A stretch of DNA of 64,000 nucleotides. It comes from Candidatus Spongiisociaceae bacterium. Lineage in GTDB: Bacteria > Actinomycetota > Acidimicrobiia > Spongiisociales > Spongiisociaceae. Below, in pieces: positions 8,049-17,979 of this stretch. The translations under genes were made by a program, and so were the position numbers. Within the stretch, counting starts at the first letter, position 1. Each line of letters starts with the position of its first letter. A model generated the notes under the pieces. That model saw only the letters and a program-made list of their open reading frames with translations. It made no database searches and was not told the DNA's origin. The DNA lies in the NCBI GenBank assembly GCA_965262915.1, contig OZ253564.1:3680001-3744000 (forward strand), written 5' to 3'.

Positions 8049-9624
8049 TCGGGCGCTCCTGTTCGAAAACGGCGCGGTCGGTTGCGAGCTGCCGGAGGTC
8101 CGCCCTTCGTACCTTGCCGGTGACACCGCGTGGTATCGCCTCCACCACCACTACGGCCTCCGGACAGTGGATCGGCGGGATTCCGGCACGCTGGAGGAAC
8201 CCGGCCAGGTCTGCGGCGCGAGGTACGAAACCGGGCCGGGCTTGGACACATGCAACGGGCCGTTCCCCCAGACGGCGGTCGGATACGCCAACCACCACGG
8301 CGGCCTCCAACAGTTCATGGCGAGCCAGCGCCCGCTCCACTCTCTCGGCGGGTATGTTCTCCCCGCCCCGGATCACCATGTTATTGACCCTTCCGGTGAT
8401 CACCAGGTAACCGTCGCGGTCTGCGTAGCCGAGATCCCCGGTCCGGAAGAACCCCTCCTCGTCGATGGCTTCCCCAGGACTACCACCGTGGTAGCCGACC
8501 ATCAGGAACGGCCCCCGGAAGGCGATCTGACCTTCCTGTTCCCGGCCCAGCCGCTCCCCGTCGGGACCGAGTACCCGCATCTCGATCTCGGGATGAGGGT
8601 GACCTTCGGTTGTGAGGAGCTTGCCCGCGGGCGAGTCGGCCCGGGTGGAGCAGACGTGCCCGACCTCGGTCATCCCGAACGCCTTAGACATCCGGCCCGG
8701 CAGGTTGTTAAGCGCCTCCTGCGCCACGTCGGAGGCAAGTTTGGAGCCCGCGCAGGTGAACACTCGGAGCGAATCGAGACGTCCGCGCCAGGTCGAGCGG
8801 CAAGCCAGCAGATCCACCAGGAAGGCCGGGGGACCCGAGCTCACCGTGACCCCGTACCGCGCACACGCCTCCAGCATCAGGTCCGGCTTCCAGCGCGCCT
8901 GGAGCACCACATGGGCTCCGGCATGCAGGCCTAGCCGGACCCCGTAGAAATACCCGAAGTTGTGTCCGACGGGGAGGGCGACGTGCACGACGTCGGAAGC
9001 GTCTATCCCCTGTCTGGAAAGGGTGGAGAGAATACCGGCGCTGGCGGTGGCGTGCGTGTGGAGCACCCCTTTGGGAAGGCCCGTCGTCCCCGACGTGAAG
9101 GCCAGCTCGGCCAGGTCGTGCGGGCCGGGCGGGTCGGGCAGCCCTCCTGGCGGCCCGCCCCCGCCGAGCAGTTCGTCGAGCACCGGCCCCACCCCTCCGG
9201 GGGAGACAGACACGACAGGGGTGCTGCCTATGCCCTCGAGGGTGTCCGGGTCGTTGGCGGTCACCACCAGAGCCGGCCGGGCGAGCCCGGCTATCTCGGC
9301 GAATGCCTTGCCCTTGATCGCCGGGAGAACGGGTGACACCACCGCCCCGAGACGCTCGGCGGCGAGGAAAGCGGGAACGAACCGGCGCACTCCGTGCATC
9401 TGGACGATCACCACGTCGCCATGGCCGACACCCATCCGCCGGTACCGACCGGACAGACGGAGCGTGGCGTCGACCAGACGGCGATAGGTGTACCGGCCGT
9501 ATCCATCGGACACCGCGCTCGCATCGGACCGTTCCACGGCGTGGCGGGCCACATCGTCCCACAACGTTCGTTCGGGCCAGCGGAAGCCGGCCGGAACACG
9601 GTGCTGCCGTCGGAAGGATCTCAC
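8041..9624 (-). CDS. AMP-forming acyl-CoA synthetase (cyclohexanecarboxylate-CoA-ligase-like)
   Basis: 'FTSGTTGLPKGVLHTH', 'FGMTE', 'FRTGDLG', 'IRGGENI', 'TGKV'. Confidence 0.9.
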   Translation of the reverse strand: MRSFRRQHRVPAGFRWPERTLWDDVARHAVERSDASAVSDGYGRYTYRRLVDATLRLSGRYRRMGVGHGDVVIVQMHGVRRFVPAFLAAERLGAVVSPVLPAIKGKAFAEIAGLARPALVVTANDPDTLEGIGSTPVVSVSPGGVGPVLDELLGGGGPPGGLPDPPGPHDLAELAFTSGTTGLPKGVLHTHATASAGILSTLSRQGIDASDVVHVALPVGHNFGYFYGVRLGLHAGAHVVLQARWKPDLMLEACARYGVTVSSGPPAFLVDLLACRSTWRGRLDSLRVFTCAGSKLASDVAQEALNNLPGRMSKAFGMTEVGHVCSTRADSPAGKLLTTEGHPHPEIEMRVLGPDGERLGREQEGQIAFRGPFLMVGYHGGSPGEAIDEEGFFRTGDLGYADRDGYLVITGRVNNMVIRGGENIPAERVERALARHELLEAAVVVGVSDRRLGERPVACVQARPGFVPRAADLAGFLQRAGIPPIHCPEAVVVVEAIPRGVTGKVRRADLRQLATDRAVFEQERPNG

Positions 9625-10481
9625 CTGTAGACGCTACGGATTGGCTCGACTCGATGCCCACCGTCCCCGGAGGGCACGATCACCCGATCGTCGTGGCCCG
9701 GCAGTACCGTCATACCGTAACGCTCCACCAGCCGGCGGACCTTCACCGCCGATCTGGCCCACTCCTCGGGGAACTGGTTGAGGATGCTGGGCACGAACCG
9801 TTTGCCGTAGGTGTCGGCCAGGTAGATGGCGTCCGACGCGATCAGAATCCAGCCGTCCCGCTCCAGCCGAACGGCGACCCCGATAGTCCCCCAGGTGTGC
9901 CCGGGCAGGGTCACGATCCACACCCCCCGCAACAGTTCGAAGTCGGCGAAGACCTCGATGGCCCGGTCGGGAAGCAGCGAGGCGAAGTCGGCCCGAGTGA
10001 AGCCCTGAGGGCTGGTGACTCCCCACAGGGTCACCAGATCGTCCCGGATCAGACCTCCCTTCTGGGTGACGGCCCCTCTCAGCTCGTCCTGACCCACGTA
10101 GATCCGGGCGTCGGTCGGGGCGAACATTCGGACGTTGCCGGCATGGTCGGTGTGCAGGTGGGTGATGACGACATGATCGAAATCGTCCGGGGACAGGCCG
10201 AGAGAGGCGATCCGTTCCGGAAACAGGCCACCGGCTCCCGGATCGTAGGACATTGCGCCTTGGTAGAACTCGTTCTTCCACTCGGAGCGGAAGCGCACCG
10301 ACACGCCGGTGTCGACGAGCACCCGCCCGTCAGGATGCTCGATGACGTACACGTAGATGGGATGCCGCAGCAGCTCCTTGCGACCGGGGCTCTCCGCGGT
10401 CGCCAGGCGGTCGGGCGCTCCGGTGAGGGCGAGTTCGAAATCAAGGGAGGTTCGGCCGCATTCGATCACCTTCAACTCCAT
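9621..10481 (-). CDS. MBL-fold hydrolase, N-acyl-homoserine lactonase / 4-pyridoxolactonase family
   Basis: THLHTDH, PGHT, SDAIY and PGHD motifs; ATG 10481 with GAGGAGG upstream. Confidence 0.85.
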   Translation of the reverse strand: MELKVIECGRTSLDFELALTGAPDRLATAESPGRKELLRHPIYVYVIEHPDGRVLVDTGVSVRFRSEWKNEFYQGAMSYDPGAGGLFPERIASLGLSPDDFDHVVITHLHTDHAGNVRMFAPTDARIYVGQDELRGAVTQKGGLIRDDLVTLWGVTSPQGFTRADFASLLPDRAIEVFADFELLRGVWIVTLPGHTWGTIGVAVRLERDGWILIASDAIYLADTYGKRFVPSILNQFPEEWARSAVKVRRLVERYGMTVLPGHDDRVIVPSGDGGHRVEPIRSVYR

Positions 10482-10547
10482 GTACCCCTCCTCGCAGCGC
10501 GCCGGTAACTCCCGCATTATGGTCAGGTGGGGGAAAGGAGGATCACC

Positions 10548-12122
10548 ATGAGCCGAACTCTGGTCCTGGGTGATCCCCTCGTCGTGCTCGGAGACGCTTC
10601 CCCCGGGTATATCCGGGACGGTGCGCTCGTCATCGAGGGACGGAGAATCGTCCGGGTGGGCAGAAGGCAGGAACTTGAACGCCTCGGCCCTTTCGATCGG
10701 CGGATCGGCTCGCCCGGCCACGCGGTCCTGCCGGGCTTCATCAATGGTCATTACCACTCCGGATCGGTTCTGAGCCGCGGCATGCCCCAGTACATATTCG
10801 AGCGGGCCAACGTCCATGTACACGCCATGTGGAACCCCGTAACGGAGGAGGATCTCTACCACGCGGTGCTGGCCAACGTCATGAACGATGTGAAGGGAGG
10901 CCAGACGGGATTCGTCGACCTCAACTACGGGCGGTCGGGACTACCCAACTTCGGGTATGACGCCATCCTCCAGGCGTACCAGGACCTCGGCGTTCGGGTA
11001 GCGCTCGGCGTGGTGACCCGGGACCGCAACACCCTCGTCCACGCCGACGACGAAGCCTTCCTCGCCATGCTCCCGAGCGATCTGGCCGAACGGGTTCGGG
11101 CTTCGACTATGGGCTATGCCTGGCCGGTCGAAGAGGTGTTCGCCCTCTACCGGGATCTGGTCACCCGGTGGGATAAGCGGGACGGCCGCATCCGGGTACT
11201 GCTCGCCCCCGACTGGACTCCCGCCTGCTCCGACGAACTGTACGTCCGGAATCGGCAGATAGCCGACGAGTTCGGAACCGGGATCATGACCCACGTACTC
11301 GAGACCCGTTCCGAGATGATGTACGCGCTGGACAGTGATGGCAAGACCGCCATGCGCCGCTTGGCCGATCTCGAGGTGCTGGGACCAGACGTCTCCTGTT
11401 CACATTTCGTCTGGGCAACCGACGAGGACATCTCGATTCTCGCCGATACAGGGGCGGTCGCGGTCAACAATCCCGGTTCCAACCTCCGGCTGAGCACCGG
11501 GATCGCCCGGGTCAGGGACATCATGGACCGAGGCGGGCGGGTGTGTTTCGGCACCGACAACATCTCGTTCTCGGACTCCGGCGACTTCTTCCAGGAACTC
11601 CGTCTCGCGGCGTACCTGCAGAGGACACCCGTGCTGCTGGAGGTCGGACGCATGGACTCGGAAACCCTCCTGAGAGCCGCTGCACAAAACGGCGCCCGAG
11701 CGATACGGTTCGAATCCGAACTGGGCTCCCTCGGAGTGGGCAAGGAGGCCGACCTGGTCGTGTTGAGCCGCGACCGTCTGTTCTGGCCGGAAGAGCGCTA
11801 CGCCACCACGCCTCCGCTCGACGTGATCCTGGATCGTGCCTGTTCCGGCGACGTGGCGGCGGTCATGGTGGCCGGGGAGTTGGTACTCGCCGACGGGGAG
11901 TTCACCAAGATTTCCGAGACCCGGGTGCGGGAGCACCTCGCCGATGCGGCACTGCGTCTCATGGGCGATGACCCCGATCCCGAATCGGTACGTCTCGGCT
12001 GGGAGGTCGACCCCTACGTCCTCGACTTCTACCGCTCGTGGGCACGGACGCCGGTCGAACCCGCCGCGGTGTACAACATCAAGCACCCGCCTCCGGTCGG
12101 GGCGCCTATGAGAGAGGAGTGA
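10548..12122 (+). CDS. Deaminase-like amidohydrolase, paralog A
   Basis: PGFINGHYH, THVLE, HFVW, NPGSNLRL, FGTD; SD-like AGGAGG before ATG 10548. Confidence 0.85.
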   Translation: MSRTLVLGDPLVVLGDASPGYIRDGALVIEGRRIVRVGRRQELERLGPFDRRIGSPGHAVLPGFINGHYHSGSVLSRGMPQYIFERANVHVHAMWNPVTEEDLYHAVLANVMNDVKGGQTGFVDLNYGRSGLPNFGYDAILQAYQDLGVRVALGVVTRDRNTLVHADDEAFLAMLPSDLAERVRASTMGYAWPVEEVFALYRDLVTRWDKRDGRIRVLLAPDWTPACSDELYVRNRQIADEFGTGIMTHVLETRSEMMYALDSDGKTAMRRLADLEVLGPDVSCSHFVWATDEDISILADTGAVAVNNPGSNLRLSTGIARVRDIMDRGGRVCFGTDNISFSDSGDFFQELRLAAYLQRTPVLLEVGRMDSETLLRAAAQNGARAIRFESELGSLGVGKEADLVVLSRDRLFWPEERYATTPPLDVILDRACSGDVAAVMVAGELVLADGEFTKISETRVREHLADAALRLMGDDPDPESVRLGWEVDPYVLDFYRSWARTPVEPAAVYNIKHPPPVGAPMREE

Positions 12123-12124
12123 CC

Positions 12125-13093
12125 GTGGCCTTGGTTGTGGATTGCCATATGCACATCATGGAACCGGACTGGAACCCGATGAACGTCTCCTCGGGCATGG
12201 CCGAGTCCTGGGCACGGCAGGTGCGGTGGTACGAGCCCCCCGAGTCTGACCCCGAGTACTTCGCGGAGGCGTGGAGGGTGTCCAGCGACGGCAATGGCGA
12301 TAAGGCGGTGGCGCGTATGGACGAGGCCGGGGTGGACGCGTCGGTGATGATGCCCATGGACCACGGTGTCGGCCTCGGCGAGGAAGGCGTCATACCCATC
12401 GAGGAAAAGAACCGTCTCTGCGCCGAAGCCACCAAACGCCACCCCGGACGCCTCTACACCTTCTGCGGAGTCGACCCCCGACGTCCCAACGCCCTCGAAA
12501 TCCTGCGCACCGCAGTAGAGGAATGGGGCGCCATCGGCCTCAAGCTCTACCCCACCAACGGCTTCTACCCCGACGACGAAAACCTCGTCTACCCCCTCTA
12601 CCGGTACCTAGCCGAACGCGACCTACCCGTACTCCTCCACCAGGGACACTCCGCAGGACGCCACAAATCCAAGTTCGGACACCCCATCTACGTAGACTCC
12701 GCCGCCGCTGATTTCCCCGAACTCCGCTTCATCCTGGGACACTCCGCCCGCTACGAAACCTGGGCACACGAAGCCATCTCCGTTGCCATCTACAAAACCA
12801 ACATCCACCTCGACATGAGCCTGTGGCAACACTGGATCTCCCCCGACGAACTAGTACGCAAAATCGTGTGGATACGAGACCGCATCGGAGCCGACCGGAT
12901 CCTCTTCGGATCCGACATGGCCGGAATCGAAGTATCCCTAACCCTCAAACAATGGGTAGACCAATTCCGAACGCTCCCAGAATGGGCCAAACAACTCGGC
13001 TACCGCATCCCACAACACCAAATCGACCAAATACTCGGACAAAACACCCGCCGCATCTACCGACTAGACCACCACAACCCAAAAACCGCATAA
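12125..13093 (+). CDS. Amidohydrolase_2 family (ACMSD/LigW/IDCase clan), copy 1
   Basis: DCHMH, GLKLYP, PVLLHQG, ILGH, ILFGSD. Confidence 0.85.
   Translation: MALVVDCHMHIMEPDWNPMNVSSGMAESWARQVRWYEPPESDPEYFAEAWRVSSDGNGDKAVARMDEAGVDASVMMPMDHGVGLGEEGVIPIEEKNRLCAEATKRHPGRLYTFCGVDPRRPNALEILRTAVEEWGAIGLKLYPTNGFYPDDENLVYPLYRYLAERDLPVLLHQGHSAGRHKSKFGHPIYVDSAAADFPELRFILGHSARYETWAHEAISVAIYKTNIHLDMSLWQHWISPDELVRKIVWIRDRIGADRILFGSDMAGIEVSLTLKQWVDQFRTLPEWAKQLGYRIPQHQIDQILGQNTRRIYRLDHHNPKTA
12209..13077 (+). repeat. ~870-bp direct repeat, copy 1 (copy 2 at 15515-16383)
   Basis: Appears identical by eye to 15515-16383 (offset 3306); the translations match over the whole segment. Confidence 0.9.
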
Positions 13094-13161
13094 ACACCCG
13101 GTGAAGCCGCGGACAGAAGTAGAAGCGCTCACGAGTCCGGTCAGTCAGGGAGTCCGAGCGA

Positions 13162-14592
13162 TCAACCGGCCCCGGGCCGGCGGTCCCACCAGGGGGCGGC
13201 CTCCTCCAGTTGGGCGGAGAGGCGGAACAGGAGTGCCTCGTTGCCGAAGGAGGCGCCGATCTGGACTCCTACCGGAAGGCCGTCCGGGGTCATGTGCATC
13301 GGGAGGCTGGCGGCGGGACATCCACTGAGGTTAAAGAGGGGGGTGAAAGCGAGATGTCCCCACATCCGCTCTATGTACGCCTCCAAGTCTTCGCCCATCA
13401 TGTCGAGGGCGCCTAGTGGAAGCGGGGGATCGGCCAGGGTCGGGCTCAGGATGATGTCGTAGCCATCGAAAAAACCGGCGAGGCGGCGTCCGGTGCGGTG
13501 GATCATGAGCAACGTGTTCACATAGTCCCGTGCCGACAACCGTCTACCTTCCTCCGCAACCATCCGGGTGATGTTCTCGAGATCGTCCGGCTGCAGTTGC
13601 CTACCCAATGCCGCCAGCCGCAGATCCACATGGTTGGCGGTGTGGGCTGCCATCACGGTCCGCATCGCCGTGCGGCACTCGGATCCGGCGACGGGCGGAA
13701 CCGCCGGGGTGACCATGTGCCCCAGATCGGTCAGCAGCCCGGCAACCCGCTCGGCGGCCCGCACGCATTCCGGGTCGATAGGTTCACCGTAGAGACCTTC
13801 CGTCCATAGCGCGACGCGTAGCTTTCCCGGATTCCTGCCCACTTCGGCCAGGAAACTCCCGTGGGGTACCGGCGCGGCGTAGGGATCCCCCGGCTCCGGC
13901 CCGTGGGTCACATCAAGCAGGACGGCACTGTCCCGGACCGTTCGGGAGACGACGTGGTACTTGGATAGGCCGCTCCATCCCTCCCCCGCGTCCGGCCCTG
14001 CCGGGGTCCTGGCCCGGGTGGGTTTCAGACCGTACAGGCCACACTTGGACGCCGGGCTGCGGATGGACCCGCCCCCGTCCGACCCCTGGGCGACCGGGAT
14101 CATTCCAACCGCCACGGCTGCCGCCGCTCCGCCGCTCGACCCTCCGGCGCTGCGGGAGACATCCCACGGATTGAGGGTCGGTCCGTGCAGAACCGGCTCG
14201 GTGGTCCCGCTGATCCCGAGTTCAGGGGTATTGGTCTTGGCGAGTATCACCAGCCCCGCCTGGCGATAACGCGCGGTGATGCTGCTGTCATGGTCTGCGA
14301 CGTTTCCCTGATAGAGCCGAGAACCGTTGGTGGTCGGCTCGCCGTCGCAGAGACCGTGCAGGTCTTTGAGCATGAAGGGAACTCCGGAGACGGGGCCGTC
14401 GGGAATCCCTCGGGAGATAGCTTCTCTGGCGGCATCCTCCATGAGGTGTATGACCGCGTTGATCTCAGGATTCCTCGCTGCTACCCGGTCCAGCGCCGCG
14501 TCGAGCAACTCCTCCGGGGTTGTCTGGCGGTCACGGATTAGGCCGGTGAGACCGAGAGCGTCATAGTCTTCGTACTCGTCGAACACGGCCAT
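13162..14592 (-). CDS. Amidase signature family enzyme
   Basis: [29 protein letters not shown]. Confidence 0.9.
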   Translation of the reverse strand: MAVFDEYEDYDALGLTGLIRDRQTTPEELLDAALDRVAARNPEINAVIHLMEDAAREAISRGIPDGPVSGVPFMLKDLHGLCDGEPTTNGSRLYQGNVADHDSSITARYRQAGLVILAKTNTPELGISGTTEPVLHGPTLNPWDVSRSAGGSSGGAAAAVAVGMIPVAQGSDGGGSIRSPASKCGLYGLKPTRARTPAGPDAGEGWSGLSKYHVVSRTVRDSAVLLDVTHGPEPGDPYAAPVPHGSFLAEVGRNPGKLRVALWTEGLYGEPIDPECVRAAERVAGLLTDLGHMVTPAVPPVAGSECRTAMRTVMAAHTANHVDLRLAALGRQLQPDDLENITRMVAEEGRRLSARDYVNTLLMIHRTGRRLAGFFDGYDIILSPTLADPPLPLGALDMMGEDLEAYIERMWGHLAFTPLFNLSGCPAASLPMHMTPDGLPVGVQIGASFGNEALLFRLSAQLEEAAPWWDRRPGAG

Positions 14593-14651
14593 TAGGGTTT
14601 CCCTGCTGGTTAAGATCCGGTCCCAGCTTACCGGGGGTAGGGAGGGCGCTC

Positions 14652-15428
14652 TTGGCGGATTCCGGACAGTTCGAGATCCTGCAACCCGATCTCCGGGACA
14701 GCACATCACTGGTAGCCGGCGCCAGCCGTGGAATCGGTCGATCCGTCGCCCTAGGTCTCGCCTCGGCGGGTGCTTCGGTGATAGGGCTCGCTCGGTCGGT
14801 CGACGCCCTCGAACATCTCGGAGAGGAGATACGCGCTTCCGGTGGCGAGTTCCTTCCTCTCGTCGCAGACATCGCCGATCTCGACACCACAGAGAAGACC
14901 GTCGAGACGGCTTGGCGGTGGAAGGGAAGCCTGGACAGCCTGATCAACGCCGCCGGGCAGACGAACCGCTCTTCCGCCTTGGACATCAGCCCCGAGGAAT
15001 GGGACAACCTGTTCGACGTGAACCTGCGAGGCGCGTTCTTCCTTACCAGGGAGGTGGGCCGTCGCATGCTCGACGGTGAAGGTGGCTCGATCGTCAGCAT
15101 CGCCTCCCTATCGGGTGTGGTCAGCGACGGCGCCCAGGTCGCCTACAGCGCCAGCAAGGCGGGGATGATCCACATGAGTTCGGTGCTCGCCGACCAGTGG
15201 GCGCCCAAGGTACGGTTGAACTGCGTGAGTCCCGCATGGGTGGAGACCGACATGACCCGTGACTTCCTGGCGAACCCGGACAACAGATCAGCCATCCTCC
15301 AGCAGACGCCGATGGGACGGTTGGCCCGACCGGAGGAGATGGTCGGCGCCGTACTGTTCCTCGTGTCGGACATGAGTTCCTACATGACCGGCCAGAACCT
15401 GATCCTCGACGGGGGGTGGACAGCATGA
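14652..15428 (+). CDS. SDR oxidoreductase
   Basis: GASRGIG, NAAG, YSASK, ILDGG. Confidence 0.9.
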   Translation: MADSGQFEILQPDLRDSTSLVAGASRGIGRSVALGLASAGASVIGLARSVDALEHLGEEIRASGGEFLPLVADIADLDTTEKTVETAWRWKGSLDSLINAAGQTNRSSALDISPEEWDNLFDVNLRGAFFLTREVGRRMLDGEGGSIVSIASLSGVVSDGAQVAYSASKAGMIHMSSVLADQWAPKVRLNCVSPAWVETDMTRDFLANPDNRSAILQQTPMGRLARPEEMVGAVLFLVSDMSSYMTGQNLILDGGWTA

Positions 15429-16393
15429 GCGCCGCCTTGGTGGTGGACTGCCACATGCACATCCGAGGCGATGACTGGAACCCGGTCAACCTGCGCTCCG
15501 GTATGGATGCATCGTGGGCACGGCAGGTGCGGTGGTACGAGCCCCCCGAGTCTGACCCCGAGTACTTCGCGGAGGCGTGGAGGGTGTCCAGCGACGGCAA
15601 TGGCGATAAGGCGGTGGCGCGTATGGACGAGGCCGGGGTGGACGCGTCGGTGATGATGCCCATGGACCACGGTGTCGGCCTCGGCGAGGAAGGCGTCATA
15701 CCCATCGAGGAAAAGAACCGTCTCTGCGCCGAAGCCACCAAACGCCACCCCGGACGCCTCTACACCTTCTGCGGAGTCGACCCCCGACGTCCCAACGCCC
15801 TCGAAATCCTGCGCACCGCAGTAGAGGAATGGGGCGCCATCGGCCTCAAGCTCTACCCCACCAACGGCTTCTACCCCGACGACGAAAACCTCGTCTACCC
15901 CCTCTACCGGTACCTAGCCGAACGCGACCTACCCGTACTCCTCCACCAGGGACACTCCGCAGGACGCCACAAATCCAAGTTCGGACACCCCATCTACGTA
16001 GACTCCGCCGCCGCTGATTTCCCCGAACTCCGCTTCATCCTGGGACACTCCGCCCGCTACGAAACCTGGGCACACGAAGCCATCTCCGTTGCCATCTACA
16101 AAACCAACATCCACCTCGACATGAGCCTGTGGCAACACTGGATCTCCCCCGACGAACTAGTACGCAAAATCGTGTGGATACGAGACCGCATCGGAGCCGA
16201 CCGGATCCTCTTCGGATCCGACATGGCCGGAATCGAAGTATCCCTAACCCTCAAACAATGGGTAGACCAATTCCGAACGCTCCCAGAATGGGCCAAACAA
16301 CTCGGCTACCGCATCCCACAACACCAAATCGACCAAATACTCGGACAAAACACCCGCCGCATCTACCGACTAGACCACCACAAGCCCGACTAA
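15425..16393 (+). CDS. Amidohydrolase_2 family, copy 2
   Basis: Same motifs as 12125-13093; differs only in the first ~30 aa and the last few residues. Confidence 0.85.
   Translation: MSAALVVDCHMHIRGDDWNPVNLRSGMDASWARQVRWYEPPESDPEYFAEAWRVSSDGNGDKAVARMDEAGVDASVMMPMDHGVGLGEEGVIPIEEKNRLCAEATKRHPGRLYTFCGVDPRRPNALEILRTAVEEWGAIGLKLYPTNGFYPDDENLVYPLYRYLAERDLPVLLHQGHSAGRHKSKFGHPIYVDSAAADFPELRFILGHSARYETWAHEAISVAIYKTNIHLDMSLWQHWISPDELVRKIVWIRDRIGADRILFGSDMAGIEVSLTLKQWVDQFRTLPEWAKQLGYRIPQHQIDQILGQNTRRIYRLDHHKPD
15515..16383 (+). repeat. ~870-bp direct repeat, copy 2
   Basis: Matches 12209-13077. Confidence 0.9.
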
Positions 16394-16512
16394 ACCACTG
16401 GTGAACCGCCCCGCCGTTATCCGGAGTACACCGGAGGCTCCTGGGAAACCGGGGTGGATCCAATGTCGAGTTCCAGCCTTGTTACGGTGGGCGGTGGGCG
16501 GTGGGTAGGTCT

Positions 16513-17001
16513 TCAGGGTCGGATATCTTTGACCAGCAGCATGAGCGTCAGGTCATCTATGGGGGAAGGTTCGAACCCCCAATGACGGTAGAAGCCGGCA
16601 GCCTGTGGATCTTTGGCGTGTACCAGCAGCAGGCGAAGTCCGGTTAGTTCGGCTACCTCGATCGCCTTGAGCAAGAAGTGCTTCAGCAGGGCCGCAGCTA
16701 GGCCCTTGCCCTGATGTTGGCGGTCAACTCCCAGGCGGCCGAGGAGCATCGCGGGCAGCGGGTCGGGCTGGTTACGCGCGGCGCGTCTGGTAGCTTCGGT
16801 TCTGGCTACGACTGCTGTGGCAGACGCGTAGAACCCAACCACTCGGGTACCGTCTGTGACCACCCAGGTTCTGCTTGACCCCTCCCGCTGGTTGCGTAGC
16901 GCCCACCTACGCAGCCAGTCATCCAGCGCCTCGTTGCCGCAGTCGAAACCCTCCACATCGTGGGAAACTCCCAGGAGCTCCGGTCCCCGATATCGGCTCA
17001 C
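16513..17001 (-). CDS. GNAT acetyltransferase toxin (TacT/AtaT-like)
   Basis: 'FDCGNEALDDWL', 'PDPLPAMLLGRLGVD...QGKGL', 'VHAKD..A..FY...GF'. Confidence 0.9.
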   Translation of the reverse strand: MSRYRGPELLGVSHDVEGFDCGNEALDDWLRRWALRNQREGSSRTWVVTDGTRVVGFYASATAVVARTEATRRAARNQPDPLPAMLLGRLGVDRQHQGKGLAAALLKHFLLKAIEVAELTGLRLLLVHAKDPQAAGFYRHWGFEPSPIDDLTLMLLVKDIRP

Positions 17002-17270
17002 CCCGATTCAAGTACTGAGGGCTCAGCCAACAACGCAGCTACCTTCGGCTTAGCCGCAGGGGGCCGGTCCAGCAACTCTTGGATCTCCTCCCACACGTGG
17101 TCAGACACAGCAAAGACCCGCCGGTCCGCCAAGTCGTCAACAGCTGATGCGACCGCGCATCCGACCACGTATTCGTTCAGTGACATCCCAGTAGCAGCCA
17201 GCACCTGGCGCACAACCGTGTCCTGAGCCGCTGTCACCCGAATCGACCACCGCCTGGTCTTCGTATCCAC
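16998..17270 (-). CDS. DUF1778 / TacA-like RHH antitoxin
   Basis: 'R.SIRV...Q...', 'GMSLNEYV', 'L.DRRVF.V....W......LDRPP'; overlaps the GNAT start. Confidence 0.85.
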   Translation of the reverse strand: MDTKTRRWSIRVTAAQDTVVRQVLAATGMSLNEYVVGCAVASAVDDLADRRVFAVSDHVWEEIQELLDRPPAAKPKVAALLAEPSVLESG

Positions 17271-17278
17271 ACCCCCGA

Positions 17279-17301
17279 GTGTACGCCGAACCGACGTACA
17301 C
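17279..17301. promoter_or_regulatory. Inverted repeat, probable operator of the GNAT TA operon
   Basis: GTGTACG-ccgaaccga-CGTACAC immediately upstream of the antitoxin GTG. Confidence 0.6.
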
Positions 17302-17333
17302 CACAAGGCATCTCACGAGCCCGGGTCAGTAGC

Positions 17334-17778
17334 AGGCGGCACAGGAGCACCTCGTTGCCGAAGGAGGCGCCGATCTGGACTCCTACCGGAAGGCCGTCCG
17401 GGGTCATGTGCATCGGGAGGCTGGCGGCGGGACATCCACTGAGGTTAAAGAGGGGGGTGAAAGCGAGATGCCCCCACATCCGCTCTATGTACGCCTTGAG
17501 GTCTTCGCCCATCATGTCGAGGGCGCCTAGTGGAAGCGGGGGATCGGCCAGGGTCGGGCTCAGGATGATGTCGTAGCCATCGAAAAAACCGGCGAGGCGG
17601 CGTCCGCTGCGGTGGATCATGAGCAACGTGTTCACATAGTCCCGTGCCGACAACCGCCTACCTTCCTCCGCAACCATCCGCGTGACGTTCTCGAGATCGT
17701 CCGGCTGCAGTTGCCTACCCAATGCCGCCAGCCGCAGATCCACATGGTTGGCGGTGTGGGCTGCCATCACGGTCCGCA
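17334..17778 (-). pseudogene. Truncated duplicate of the amidase 3' region
   Basis: Near-identical to 13220-13664 (offset 4114) with scattered substitutions; lacks the catalytic N-terminal two-thirds. Confidence 0.9.
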
Positions 17779-17920
17779 GTGCTAGCGGATAGGCAGAGCG
17801 CGCTCGCCCGTGTAGTTATTCCGGTGCGGATGCTGGCCAGGCAACCGCATGCCATCGCAGTCGGCTATTGGACTGTCGCGGCCCGTGTCTCCCCGGGTGA
17901 GTACCTATCCGCTAGCCCTC
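17779..17920. mobile_element. MITE-like element with terminal inverted repeats
   Basis: GCTAGCGGATAGG (17781) ... CCTATCCGCTAGC (17904-17916); begins where the amidase homology ends. Confidence 0.55.
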
Positions 17921-17979
17921 TAAGAACATCAGCCGAGAGCGCGGCGACGCTGGTCAGCCCAACCTGTCGGAGGCTCCCC

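Noticed and set aside
9621-10862. 413-aa lactonase with N-terminal extension
   Set aside because: The extension overlaps the divergent amidohydrolase gene; ATG 10481 has a good SD and gives a typical length.
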